DNA from: an uncultured Gemmatimonadales bacterium
GTDB taxonomy: Bacteria > Gemmatimonadota > Gemmatimonadetes > Gemmatimonadales > GWC2-71-9
Direction: 5' to 3'
Length of the DNA: 64,000 nucleotides
Assembly (NCBI GenBank): GCA_963771275.1
Contig: CAVYSW010000003.1
Span: 1,344,001 to 1,408,000 of the forward strand
Shown piece by piece: positions 10,253 to 19,569 of this stretch. The translations under genes and the position numbers were made by a program. Positions within the stretch are counted from its first letter, which is position 1. Each line of letters opens with the position of its first letter. The notes under the pieces are model-generated. The model saw only the letters and a list, made by a program, of their open reading frames with translations. It did no database searches and was not told the DNA's origin.

Positions 10253-10924
10253 TCAGTCCTCGCCGGGGGTTCCGGCCAGGGCGCGCCGCGTCAGGTCCCG
10301 CACACGCGTGCGGCGGAGCGAGCCGCCCTCGTAGAGATCGACCGGTCCCTCGTCGGCGAGGAGGTCCGGCCGGGTGGCGAGCGGCGCCGGCTGTCCCACC
10401 TGCATCAGCGCCCAGACCGCCATGCCGCGGACCTGAGGATCGCGGTCGTCGAGGGCCGCCGTGATCGCCCCGAGGAGCGGCGCGACGTGATCGCGGGCGA
10501 GGGCGCCGAGTCGTCCCAGCGCCCACAAGGCGCCCGGGCGGAAATGCTCGAGGTCTTCCGGTTCCAGGTTCACAAGGAGCGAGGCGACGATTGGGACGTA
10601 GTCGGCGCAGAGCGTCGGGCACCACCGGACGATTTCCGCCATCGCTTCGGGCGAGCGCCAGCAGATGCCGCCCGACTCCTCGCTCAGCAGCCAGTACAGC
10701 CGGCGCAGCTGCTCGCGGACGTGGTCGGGATGACGCTCGGCGATGCGGGCGGCGCTGCGACCCAAGGCCTCGACGGCGCGCCAACCGATCTCGGGGTCCG
10801 GGTCGAACGTCAGGGATACCAAAGTGCCCAGGACCCGCTTCGTGCGGCCGCCGATCTCCGCGACCCGCTCCAGGCGTCTCTGTTTCAGCAGGTCCCGCAG
10901 GGCGTCCTTGGTCGGTTGGGTCAC
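10253..10924 (-). CDS. HEAT-repeat protein (resembles the DVU0298-like family of sulfate reducers)
   Basis: WRAVEALG, LRRLYWLLSEESGGICWRSPEAMAEI, LDDRDPQVRGMAVWAL helical repeats. Confidence 0.65.
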   Translation of the reverse strand: MTQPTKDALRDLLKQRRLERVAEIGGRTKRVLGTLVSLTFDPDPEIGWRAVEALGRSAARIAERHPDHVREQLRRLYWLLSEESGGICWRSPEAMAEIVRWCPTLCADYVPIVASLLVNLEPEDLEHFRPGALWALGRLGALARDHVAPLLGAITAALDDRDPQVRGMAVWALMQVGQPAPLATRPDLLADEGPVDLYEGGSLRRTRVRDLTRRALAGTPGED

Positions 10925-10952
10925 GAGCGCGGTGGCTTATCGATCAGCATGA

Positions 10953-11028
10953 ACCGCAGAGCACGCGGAGCGCGCAGAGACCAGCGACCGCGGTCACCCA
11001 CTCTCGCGTCCTCTGCGCTCTCCGCGGT
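10953..11028. repeat. Imperfect inverted repeat built from 9-nt CGC(A/G)GAGnn units
   Basis: The left arm ACCGCAGAGCACGCGGAGCGCGCAGAG matches the reverse complement of the right arm (ACCGCGGAGAGCGCAGAGGACGCGAGAG). Confidence 0.6.
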
Positions 11029-11139
11029 GCGGCGGTCACCGCACCCCCGTTCGGCGCCGGATGCCCGGCACGAGATACCCATTCGGAACGCGCGCGGCCC
11101 CGTGGGCGTTCCGCATGGGGACAGGAATCGCACGGCGTG

Positions 11140-12690
11140 TTACCGCAGCAGGACGGGCATCCCCATGGCCGGCCAGATCCAGCGCACGAACAGCGCGAGC
11201 ACGGCGATCAGGATGAGGCTCACGGGAAGGCCGGCCCGGAAGAACTCCCGGGCGGTGAACTGATTGCTCGTGTAGGCGATGGCGTTGGGCGCGGCGCCCA
11301 CCAGCAGCAGGAACGGCATCCCCGCGGTGACGAGGCAGGCGAAGAAGATCACTTCGGGTGTCACGCCGACGTACCCGGCGATGACCAGAGCGACCGGCAA
11401 GGTGATGGCGATCGCCGCGACGTTCATGATCAGGTTCGTCATCCCGAGCACGAACACGGCCATGCCCATCACGAACATCATCCATGGGGCTTGGTGGAAC
11501 AGCCCGAGCCAGGTCACCGCGAGCCAGCTGGCCGCGCCCGTCTGCCACAGGCAGAAGCCCAGGCTCATCGCGCCGCCGAAGAGCAGGACGATGTTCCACG
11601 AGGCCTCCTCGAGGTCCTCCACGCGCACGATCCGGAGGACGAAGAACAGAATGCCGGCCAGGAGGATGACGGCACTCTTGTCGAGTGGCTCGAAGGCGGG
11701 GATCAGCGTGCGTACGCTCAGGATCGCGATCGTCGACAGGACGATGGTCAAGGCAAGCGTCTCGTTCCGGCTCATGGGACCCAAGCCGGCATGGAGGCGC
11801 TTGACGCGCTCGCGCAGTCCCGGAATCGTCTTCCGTTCTGGCGGATAGTACAGCATGAAAAACGCCCAGACCACCAGCGTCATGATGGCCCCGACCGGGA
11901 ACATGTAGTACGTCAGCTCGAAGAACGACACCGTGCGGCCCGTCATGTCGCGGAAGAACCCGATGGCCACGGCGGCCCGCGCGGAGCCGAGCAGCGTGAT
12001 GATGCTGCCCGCGCCGGCGACGAAGGCCATCCCGATGAACAGGCCCTTGCCGAACCGGGTCGGCGCGCTGTCCTCGGTGTACAGCGCGTAGATGGCGAGG
12101 AAGAGCGGGAACACCGTCGCGGCCACGGCCGTGTGCGCCATGATGAGCGTCAGGGCCGCCGTCATGACGAAGCAGCCGAGGTAGATCATGCTGGTCCGCT
12201 CGCCCACCAGCGACAGCATCTTGTAGGCCATCCGCCGGGTGAGCCCGGTCTTGGTGAATACCATGCCGAACAACAACGAACCCACGATGAACCACACGGA
12301 CGGGTCCATGAAGTCCGTGAACGCCACGCGGACGGGGCGAATGAGGAACAGGGCCTGGAGGACACCGATGGTGATGCTGGTGACGCCGATCGGGATCACC
12401 TCGAACACCCACCACGTCGCGGCGAGCAGGAAGACGGCGAGCGCCCCCTTGCCCTCTCGGGTGAGTGGAAACGCCTTCCCCTGGGGATCGATCGCCGGGT
12501 GCAGCGTGGGCGCGTAGTATATCCCGAGGAAGAGTGCCAATCCAAGCAAAATGAACGCCGTTCGCTGCCAGTCGAACCCGGCCGCGTCCCGGGCGCTCTT
12601 GGTGTGCGCGACCTCCACCGTCGCGACGCCAACCGCACGAGGCGCGGGATTGGGTCCAGCCGCAGTGGTCTCTATCGTTTCATTGGTCAT
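11140..12690 (-). CDS. SLC13/DASS-family anion symporter (probable sulfate uptake)
   Basis: WWVFEVIPIGVT, MAHTAVAA, GSIITLLGSAR, WNIVLLFGGA, LLVGAAPNAIAY. Substrate is inferred from context. Confidence 0.85.
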   Translation of the reverse strand: MTNETIETTAAGPNPAPRAVGVATVEVAHTKSARDAAGFDWQRTAFILLGLALFLGIYYAPTLHPAIDPQGKAFPLTREGKGALAVFLLAATWWVFEVIPIGVTSITIGVLQALFLIRPVRVAFTDFMDPSVWFIVGSLLFGMVFTKTGLTRRMAYKMLSLVGERTSMIYLGCFVMTAALTLIMAHTAVAATVFPLFLAIYALYTEDSAPTRFGKGLFIGMAFVAGAGSIITLLGSARAAVAIGFFRDMTGRTVSFFELTYYMFPVGAIMTLVVWAFFMLYYPPERKTIPGLRERVKRLHAGLGPMSRNETLALTIVLSTIAILSVRTLIPAFEPLDKSAVILLAGILFFVLRIVRVEDLEEASWNIVLLFGGAMSLGFCLWQTGAASWLAVTWLGLFHQAPWMMFVMGMAVFVLGMTNLIMNVAAIAITLPVALVIAGYVGVTPEVIFFACLVTAGMPFLLLVGAAPNAIAYTSNQFTAREFFRAGLPVSLILIAVLALFVRWIWPAMGMPVLLR

Positions 12691-12722
12691 TGAGGAAAGA
12701 CCTCGGGGTCGGCGTGCTCCGC

Positions 12723-13259
12723 CTATTGCAGCAGCCGGATGAGCTCGTGAAACACGTCGACCGAGCGCACCACGCCCACCAGTTGACCATTCCGCACCAC
12801 GGGTATCAGGGACAGATCGAGCGAGACCATCTCGCTCACCGCCTTCATGACGTGGTCGTCGGCGTCGAGGATCGCCTCGATCGGACGCATCACGTCGCTC
12901 ACGGGTCGGCCCGCGCGCTCGCGAATGCCCTTCATCATCCGATCGTACGAAAGCTCCGACAGGTTCGGGTCGACACCCACGTCGAACAGTCTCCGGGGGT
13001 GCTCGAGCGGCTGCCTGACCAGGAACGCGGGCTCCAGGCCCAGCATGAGGTCGCGGCGGCGGACGTAGCCCACCGCGACGTGAATCGCGTCGAACACCAG
13101 CAGCGCGCGGGGCAGGGACTGGCGTCCCCCCGTTTCGAGCTGCGCGTGCTCCATGACGGCGATCGCCTCGCGGAGCGTGGCGTTGTCGCGCACGGAGGGG
13201 TACTGCCCTACCGGGATCATGATCTCCCTGACCCGCGTCACGAGGGCCACGGCCGTCAC
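12723..13259 (-). CDS. CBS-domain protein
   Basis: VREIMIP..YPSV...ATLREA; VSDVMRP; IPVVRNGQLVGVVRSVDVF. Confidence 0.85.
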   Translation of the reverse strand: MTAVALVTRVREIMIPVGQYPSVRDNATLREAIAVMEHAQLETGGRQSLPRALLVFDAIHVAVGYVRRRDLMLGLEPAFLVRQPLEHPRRLFDVGVDPNLSELSYDRMMKGIRERAGRPVSDVMRPIEAILDADDHVMKAVSEMVSLDLSLIPVVRNGQLVGVVRSVDVFHELIRLLQ

Positions 13260-13696
13260 CAGCCCTTCTTGTGCAGGATGTCCGACATCTTCTGCGCGAC
13301 GCGCTGGTCCCTGAGCGACCAGTGCTTCCGGGCCGCGTCGTCGATCTTCTGCACCAGCGTGTCGATGGAGGCGGGCTTCTCGAGCAGGTCGAGGGCCCCG
13401 AGCTTCATGGCCGCCACGGCCTGTGCCAGCGTGGCCCGGCCGGTCAGAAGGATCACCTGGAGATCGGGGTTGATGGCCAGCAACCCCTGCAGCGTCTCGA
13501 CGCCGTCCATGCCCGGCATCGCCATGTCCAGCAGGATGGCATCGAAGGTTCTCGCGCGGGCCTTCACCAGCGCTTCCTCGCCGCGCGCGGCGGTGGCGAC
13601 GGTGAGCCCGCGCGCCTCGAGTCGCTCCGCCAGCACGGCCACGAACTCGGGCTCGTCATCGACGAGCAGAACGGTGCACTCGGTGGATGCGGTCAT
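13256..13696 (-). CDS. Single-domain response regulator (receiver)
   Basis: VLLVDDE, LLDMAMPGMDG, LTG, EKP. Confidence 0.9.
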   Translation of the reverse strand: MTASTECTVLLVDDEPEFVAVLAERLEARGLTVATAARGEEALVKARARTFDAILLDMAMPGMDGVETLQGLLAINPDLQVILLTGRATLAQAVAAMKLGALDLLEKPASIDTLVQKIDDAARKHWSLRDQRVAQKMSDILHKKGW

Positions 13697-13721
13697 CGGA
13701 TCCGCTCCCGGACCTGCCGGG

Positions 13722-14120
13722 TCACGGCTGGTCTCCGGCCGGTGATTGAGCCTGCCCGCGCGCCGCCGCGGCCTGCACCACCCGCGCCAGGTGGTCGATC
13801 TTCACAGGCTTCATGAGATAGTCGAACGCGCCGAGCTGCATGCCCCGCTCGGCGTCCTGCCCGGAACCGAGTCCCGTCAGCAGGACCACCGCCACCGTCG
13901 GCCACTGTTCCTTGATGCGCCGGAAGACCTCGAGGCCTCCCAGGGCCGGCATCTTGACGTCGAGCACCACCACGTCGCACGGCGCGGCGGTGAGGTGCGC
14001 CAGGGCCGCCGCGCCGGTGGTCACGCCGTGCGCCTCGAACCCGCGGAGGTTGAGTCGTTCCACGAGCGCGGTGACCAGGTCCTCCTCGTCGTCCACGATC
14101 AGCACGCGAAGGGGGGCCAT
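13722..14120 (-). CDS. Single-domain response regulator (receiver)
   Basis: VLIVDDE, LDVKMP, LTG, DYLMKP. Confidence 0.9.
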   Translation of the reverse strand: MAPLRVLIVDDEEDLVTALVERLNLRGFEAHGVTTGAAALAHLTAAPCDVVVLDVKMPALGGLEVFRRIKEQWPTVAVVLLTGLGSGQDAERGMQLGAFDYLMKPVKIDHLARVVQAAAARGQAQSPAGDQP

Positions 14121-14128
14121 GGCGGTCT

Positions 14129-15883
14129 CTACCGTGGCGCCTGATTGATCGGAAGGGTCACGGTGAAGCAGGTTCCCTCGCCGACCTTGCTCTTGACGTC
14201 GATGTGGCCGCCCAGCTTCTGCACGATGCCGTAGGTGATGGAGAGCCCCAGGCCCGTTCCCGCCCCCTTCTTGGTCGTGAAGAACGGATCGAAGATGCGG
14301 GCCAGGTGCGACTCGGGGATCCCCACCCCGTCGTCCGCGACGCTCACGGCCACCGCGTCCGGTCCGGCCGGCTGAACGCCGATCTCGATGCGTCCGCCGT
14401 CACTGACGGCGGCGAAGGCGTTGTTGAGGATGTTGAGGAACACCTGTTGCAGCTGACCCCGGTCGCTGACGATCGTCGGCGGATCCGCGGGGTAGTCGAA
14501 CTCGATCGTCACGTTGCGGAAGCTCGCTTCCTTCTCCAGGAAGCTCAGAACCTCCCTGAGCAACAGGTCGAGATTGATGCTCTCGCTCTGCACGTCCATG
14601 TGCTTGGCGAACCCCAGCAGGCGGTGCGTGATGCCGCCGCAGCGGTCGGCCGCCTTGGTGATCGCTCCCACCAGCGTGATGAGCTTCTGACGGGGCGGGA
14701 GCTCGCCCGATTGCTCCAGGAGGTCGCGCAGCAGCCCGGCGTTCTGCGTGATGATGGCAAGGGGGTTGTTGATCTCATGGGCCACCCCAGCGCCCAGCCG
14801 GCCGATAGCCGCGAGCTTGTTGGTGTACTCCACCTTGTGGTAGATCGCGGCCCGCTTGCGATCCGCGTCGCGGACGCGGTTCACCATGTACACCGTGCCG
14901 GTGATGACCACGGCGAGAATGACGATGCTGCCGATCGCCGGGAACAGCAGCACGTCGCGCCGGAGGGTGCGCCACCCGGCGTGCAGCTCCACCCGCGGCG
15001 TGAGCAGCACCAATGTGAAGGGCGAGCGGTCGATGCCGGCGTACGCGACGATCAGCGGCTCGCCGCGCTCGTCCGTGAGATCGACGAGCTCCGGCTGCGG
15101 GCTGCGGGGCAGTGGCGGGAGGGGAGCCCGGTCGAGGACGTCCCCGTAGTGCTGCGACGGTGTCTGGAGCGTACCGTCCCGGTTGATGATGAACACATCG
15201 CTGAAGGGTTCCACGCCCACCGAGTGGCACCGCCGGCAGACCGTTCCCTGCTCCGGGCGGCGCGACGTACGGGACCGGACGAGAAAGTGGAACACGTCGG
15301 TGTCGATCGTCGCGCGCAGCACGAACTGGTGGCCGTCATCCCGCACCTGCTGGATCGCGATCACGATGTGCGGAAGGTTCCGATAGCCGAGGAATACGTC
15401 GCTGACATAGGAGCCCTGCGCGCGGACCTCACGGAACCACGCGTGGTCCGCGTAGTTCCGCCCCCTAAGGTCGTACGGACCGGCGTAGGCGATCTGCAGG
15501 CCGTCCTCGTCGATCACCCCCAGATCGACGATGCCGCCGAACGTGAACTTCACATTGGCGAGCAGCGAGTCGAGCTGCCTCGACTGCAGCAGTTTGTCGA
15601 ACGGCGTTTCCCGGGCGATCATGGCGAGCGCCGACAGGCGCTCGGAGAGGAACGACTCGAGCGATTGCTTGCCGGCGGTGGCGAACCGCACCATGGGCCG
15701 GGTCAGCTCGGTGTGGAACGCGTCTTCGTACTGATGGTAGTTGATGCTCGCCATGATGAGGAGGGGCAGGACGGCGACGGCGGACACGGAGAGCACCGCG
15801 CCGAGCAGCATGCGGCGGTACCGCCCCCCGGACAGCAGGTGCCGCTCCTCCGGACGGAAGTCCTGCGTGGCGTCGTCCGTCAT
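14129..15883 (-). CDS. Membrane sensor histidine kinase with an extracytoplasmic Cache-like domain containing a CxxCH motif
   Basis: Two TM helices flank YADHAWF..YVSDVFLGYRNLPH. H-box AHEINNPL, N-box NILNNA, FFTTK, GTGLGL. Start taken at MTDD (15883). Confidence 0.88.
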   Translation of the reverse strand: MTDDATQDFRPEERHLLSGGRYRRMLLGAVLSVSAVAVLPLLIMASINYHQYEDAFHTELTRPMVRFATAGKQSLESFLSERLSALAMIARETPFDKLLQSRQLDSLLANVKFTFGGIVDLGVIDEDGLQIAYAGPYDLRGRNYADHAWFREVRAQGSYVSDVFLGYRNLPHIVIAIQQVRDDGHQFVLRATIDTDVFHFLVRSRTSRRPEQGTVCRRCHSVGVEPFSDVFIINRDGTLQTPSQHYGDVLDRAPLPPLPRSPQPELVDLTDERGEPLIVAYAGIDRSPFTLVLLTPRVELHAGWRTLRRDVLLFPAIGSIVILAVVITGTVYMVNRVRDADRKRAAIYHKVEYTNKLAAIGRLGAGVAHEINNPLAIITQNAGLLRDLLEQSGELPPRQKLITLVGAITKAADRCGGITHRLLGFAKHMDVQSESINLDLLLREVLSFLEKEASFRNVTIEFDYPADPPTIVSDRGQLQQVFLNILNNAFAAVSDGGRIEIGVQPAGPDAVAVSVADDGVGIPESHLARIFDPFFTTKKGAGTGLGLSITYGIVQKLGGHIDVKSKVGEGTCFTVTLPINQAPR

Positions 15884-15933
15884 GCTCCCGTCCGCGGTGC
15901 GCGCATCGAAGGTGGTGGCTGCACGGCCGGGCG

Positions 15934-16845
15934 TTACTCGCCGTCGCGGCGGATGCACCCCGCCCGACGTACCGTGTCCACGAGGTGGGTGAGATCGACG
16001 GGCTTGCGCAGGTAGTCGAACGCGCCCAGGCGGCGGGCCTCCTCTTCGTCTTCGTCGGAGCCGTGTCCCGTCATGATGATGACCTGGACCAGGGGGTGCA
16101 TCGCCTTCACCCGCCGCAGCACTTCCATCCCGCCGATCCCCGGCATCTTGAGATCGAGCACGATCACGTCGGGAATCTCGGTCCGGAGCATGTCGAGCGC
16201 CTGCTGCCCGCTCAACGCCACCTCGCCGCCGAGATCGCGCATCTCCATCCGCTCGGCCATGGTCCGCACGAAATCCTCCTCGTCGTCGACGAACAGGACC
16301 TTGAGGGCCTCGGGGTGGGAGGGGAAGCGCTCGGGCGCCCGCTCGGGCTCCGCGGCAGCCCGCCGCGGCAGGGGCTCCTCCAACATCCCCTTGGCCATCT
16401 CGGGCACGTCCGCCTCGGCCATGGCGGCAGCACCCATGCTGCGGGAGAATTCGTCGCGGGAGTCCTTGAGGACGTTGAGGCCCTTTCGCCAGGCCGCCCG
16501 GATCGTGTGCAGCAGGTGGTGCGTGTCGGCCGGCTTCTGGAGGTATTCGAAAGCGCCCAGCCGACGCGCCTGAGTCTCCTCCGTGGCGGAGCCGTGCCCG
16601 GTGAGGATCACGACCTGGACGTTGGGGTGCTCCTGCTTGACCCGCTCCAGCACCGCCATGCCATCGATGCCCGGCATGCGCAGGTCGAGCACCATCACGT
16701 CGGGCGCCTCGTCCTCGACCATGCGCAGGGCTTGCTCGCCGCTCAACGCGACGCGGCTATCGACGTCGCGCATCTCCATCCGCGCGGCCATCGTTCGCAC
16801 GTAGTCTTCCTCGTCGTCGACGAGTAGCACCTTGATCTTGCTCAT
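15934..16845 (-). CDS. Response regulator with two tandem receiver domains
   Basis: Two near-duplicate REC domains (VLLVDDEEDYVRTMA / VLFVDDEEDFVRTMA) joined by an Ala/Glu/Pro linker. Confidence 0.9.
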   Translation of the reverse strand: MSKIKVLLVDDEEDYVRTMAARMEMRDVDSRVALSGEQALRMVEDEAPDVMVLDLRMPGIDGMAVLERVKQEHPNVQVVILTGHGSATEETQARRLGAFEYLQKPADTHHLLHTIRAAWRKGLNVLKDSRDEFSRSMGAAAMAEADVPEMAKGMLEEPLPRRAAAEPERAPERFPSHPEALKVLFVDDEEDFVRTMAERMEMRDLGGEVALSGQQALDMLRTEIPDVIVLDLKMPGIGGMEVLRRVKAMHPLVQVIIMTGHGSDEDEEEARRLGAFDYLRKPVDLTHLVDTVRRAGCIRRDGE

Positions 16846-16866
16846 CGGGCCCTCCCTAGCGGGCCA

Positions 16867-17529
16867 TCAGGCCGCGGTCGCCGCCGGGAAGAGAAGCCGG
16901 AAGCGACATCCCCCACCGGCCACGTCGAGCGAGCCACCGAGACCGTCCACGAGCTCCGCGAGCCGGCTCCAGCCGGCGGTGTCCGTCGGGGCGGATCCCG
17001 TGTCACCGCCCGTCAGCTCCGCGGCACACTCGACGGAGGCGCGTCCGTCGTGCCGCGCGGCGCACAGGGTCACCGTCCCCGGGGCGGAAAGCCGCTCCAT
17101 GCAGCACTCCACCGCTGCGAAAAGCGCCATCTGCAGTCGCAGGGCGTTGCTTCGAACCGCGAGATCCGGATCGCCCGGTCGCACCTCCAACGCGTGCCCC
17201 CGCTGCCGCGCGAAGCGCTGGCTCAGGAACGCCGCCTGGCGCACCTCCTGGTCCAGCTGGAGCACCGCCGCTGCATGCTCCAGGGCGTGGGCGAAGCGGT
17301 TCAGGCTCGAGACGATGTCGGCGCCGCGCGCGACCTGGGTGCCGATCCGGTCGACGCAGCGCAGCAGCCTGCTCGGGTCGGGGGCGCCGCGCCGCTCCAC
17401 GGCGCGCACGAGGTCCTCGATCAGTCCCGCGGACTCCTTCACGATCGCCAGCACGTTGCGCATCTCGTGTGTGGCGCTGGCCGTGATGGCGGCAATGAAC
17501 GCCGCTTCGCGATCGTCTGACGTGCTCAT
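16867..17529 (-). CDS. Histidine-kinase-like protein with H-box and degenerate ATPase domain (possible phosphotransferase)
   Basis: SATHEMRNVLAIVKESAGL H-box; no recognisable N, F or G boxes. Confidence 0.6.
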   Translation of the reverse strand: MSTSDDREAAFIAAITASATHEMRNVLAIVKESAGLIEDLVRAVERRGAPDPSRLLRCVDRIGTQVARGADIVSSLNRFAHALEHAAAVLQLDQEVRQAAFLSQRFARQRGHALEVRPGDPDLAVRSNALRLQMALFAAVECCMERLSAPGTVTLCAARHDGRASVECAAELTGGDTGSAPTDTAGWSRLAELVDGLGGSLDVAGGGCRFRLLFPAATAA

Positions 17530-17565
17530 GCTCGAGCCAGCATCTCCGCAGCCCCCACCCGTGAT

Positions 17566-19569
17566 TTACGTGAGTGCACCGGCAGGCGCCAGCCGGCGCT
17601 CGATCCACTCCTCCGCGTGCTCCACGGCCGCGGTGAACGCGTCGTGGGCGTAGAGCGTCGCCGCGTACGCCGCCACGGCCCGCTCCAGGTCGTCCGCCGT
17701 CCAGATGGTGACGCCGTCGGGGGGCGCGGTGCCCCGCAACGAGCCGAACGAGTTGAAGTCGACGATCGTGAGCGGCCGCGCGGCAAAATCGCGCAGCCCG
17801 CGCAGCAGCGCGGGATCCAGGACGGGGTCATTCTGGTCGATGCCGAAGAACACGAAATCGGCATCGCCGATCGCCTGGACGACGCCCGGCTCGGCGTAGG
17901 CATGGACGCGCAGCCGGCGGCCGTGCCCGATCGCGGCACGCAGCAGCTTCATCTGGCCGTGGTGGTCCCGATACACCAGCGTCAGCTGACGGTGCGGGAC
18001 ATGGAACCGCTCCGCCAACGCAGCCAAGATCGATCGTGAGGTGGTCGAGCCTCCGATGACGACGTGGTGACGGTCGTCGAAGACGGCACCATGGTCGCGC
18101 AGGTGCGACAGCGCCGCGAGGCAATACCCGGTGCTGAACCGTCCCCACGGGGTCTCGGCGCGGACCTCCGCCGCGAGCGCGGCCGCCTGCCCGACCAGCT
18201 CTGCCGCGCGGGCGCCGGCGACGCCGCTGCAATTGGCGATCCGCAGCGCCGTCTGTAGCTGGGCCACGACGTCGGTGTCCCCGGGGAGCGCGCTGTTCAA
18301 CCCGCACGCCGTGCGCATCAGATGATGCCGCGCAGCGTCACCGAAGAGTACGTTGACCGCGAGGCCCTGCGGCTCGCAGCCGTACAGTTGGTGGCGGATC
18401 CGCGCCGCGACGCACTCGCGGGCCGCGACGTCGTCGACCTCGGTGGCCCACCCATAGAATTCGATGCGCTGGCAGGTGTCCCATACCAGGGCTTCGGCAA
18501 CGAGACCCTGCTCCCGAGCCCACTGCAGCAGGGCGTGCAGTGCCTTGCGCGACTTTCGCACGCCGGCGAACGCCGGCGCGGTGCTGTGGCGCACCTGCGG
18601 GCCATGCGTGGCGCGAATGCCGTTCGCGAGCGAGGCGCCGATCATGATCAGCGAACGCTCGCCGGCGCCGATCTCCTCGACGCCGGGCAGCGGAGCCGGA
18701 GGCGGGGGCGAGGCCGCTGCGGTCAACGGACGCGATCCGCGGAGCACGAGATCCCGGAGGACGGGGACGACCTGGTCCTGGTCGTCGAGCCGCGGGCAGA
18801 TCACAAGCTGGACCGCGTGGTCTTCGCCGAGATCGCGGCCCGTGATGGCGGGGGGCGCAAGCGGTCCGGGGCCATCGCCGAACCCGGTAAGCGGGCACAG
18901 CAGCACGCTGCGGACGCCCGCGCGCCGGAGCTCGGCGAGCCGCGCGGCCGCGCCGGCGCCGAGCGCATCGGGTGCGGCGGGCTCGCGCCAGGCCAGCGAT
19001 ACCCGCTCGGCCGGCCAGCCGAGTCGCCCGGAGACGAGCGCGACGGTCCGTTGCAGCTGCCGCACCCAGGGATCGCCGTCGCACCGGGGCGACTCGAAAC
19101 CGCCGTCTGCCCAGAAGAGCAGATGCGCGGTCTGGGAGCACATCCCGTGCGACGCCGCGTGCTTCGCGATCACGGCCGCCTGCGCGTTCACGTATCCCGC
19201 GTCGTCGTGCCAGCTGGCGCGGATGCCGACGTTGATCGGCTCGTCGCGGTGTGCAAGCAGCCGATACAGCTCGCGCGCGACCGCGCCGTTGGTGAGGTCG
19301 CTGAAGTGCGGGGACAGCGGCACGACCACCAGCTCCGTCGCGCCGTCCGCGATCACGGCCTCCAGGGCGTCCGCGATCGACGGCTGGCCGTGGAGCGATG
19401 CCCCGCGCACCTGCCAGCCGGCGGGCAGCACGGCCGCCAGCGCCCGGACGTGGTGCGCGAGCGGCCCGACGGACGTTGCTCCCGCGCCGACCCGCACCAG
19501 CAGGGCGGCGCGGGCCGGGCCGGCGGGCTCGGGCGATGGGTGGGTGAGGAAGGCAGGCATGGTGCTCAT
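17566..19569 (-). CDS. Fusion of a degenerate ferrochelatase-like domain and a divergent glutamyl-tRNA reductase (HemA-like)
   Basis: N-half: LVVVPLSPHFS, SWHDDAGYVNA, LLFWADG, GDPW. C-half: DTCQRIEFY, HLMRTACGLNSALPGD, VVIGG. ATG 19569 overlaps the upstream stop (ATGA). Confidence 0.7.
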   Translation of the reverse strand: MSTMPAFLTHPSPEPAGPARAALLVRVGAGATSVGPLAHHVRALAAVLPAGWQVRGASLHGQPSIADALEAVIADGATELVVVPLSPHFSDLTNGAVARELYRLLAHRDEPINVGIRASWHDDAGYVNAQAAVIAKHAASHGMCSQTAHLLFWADGGFESPRCDGDPWVRQLQRTVALVSGRLGWPAERVSLAWREPAAPDALGAGAAARLAELRRAGVRSVLLCPLTGFGDGPGPLAPPAITGRDLGEDHAVQLVICPRLDDQDQVVPVLRDLVLRGSRPLTAAASPPPPAPLPGVEEIGAGERSLIMIGASLANGIRATHGPQVRHSTAPAFAGVRKSRKALHALLQWAREQGLVAEALVWDTCQRIEFYGWATEVDDVAARECVAARIRHQLYGCEPQGLAVNVLFGDAARHHLMRTACGLNSALPGDTDVVAQLQTALRIANCSGVAGARAAELVGQAAALAAEVRAETPWGRFSTGYCLAALSHLRDHGAVFDDRHHVVIGGSTTSRSILAALAERFHVPHRQLTLVYRDHHGQMKLLRAAIGHGRRLRVHAYAEPGVVQAIGDADFVFFGIDQNDPVLDPALLRGLRDFAARPLTIVDFNSFGSLRGTAPPDGVTIWTADDLERAVAAYAATLYAHDAFTAAVEHAEEWIERRLAPAGALT

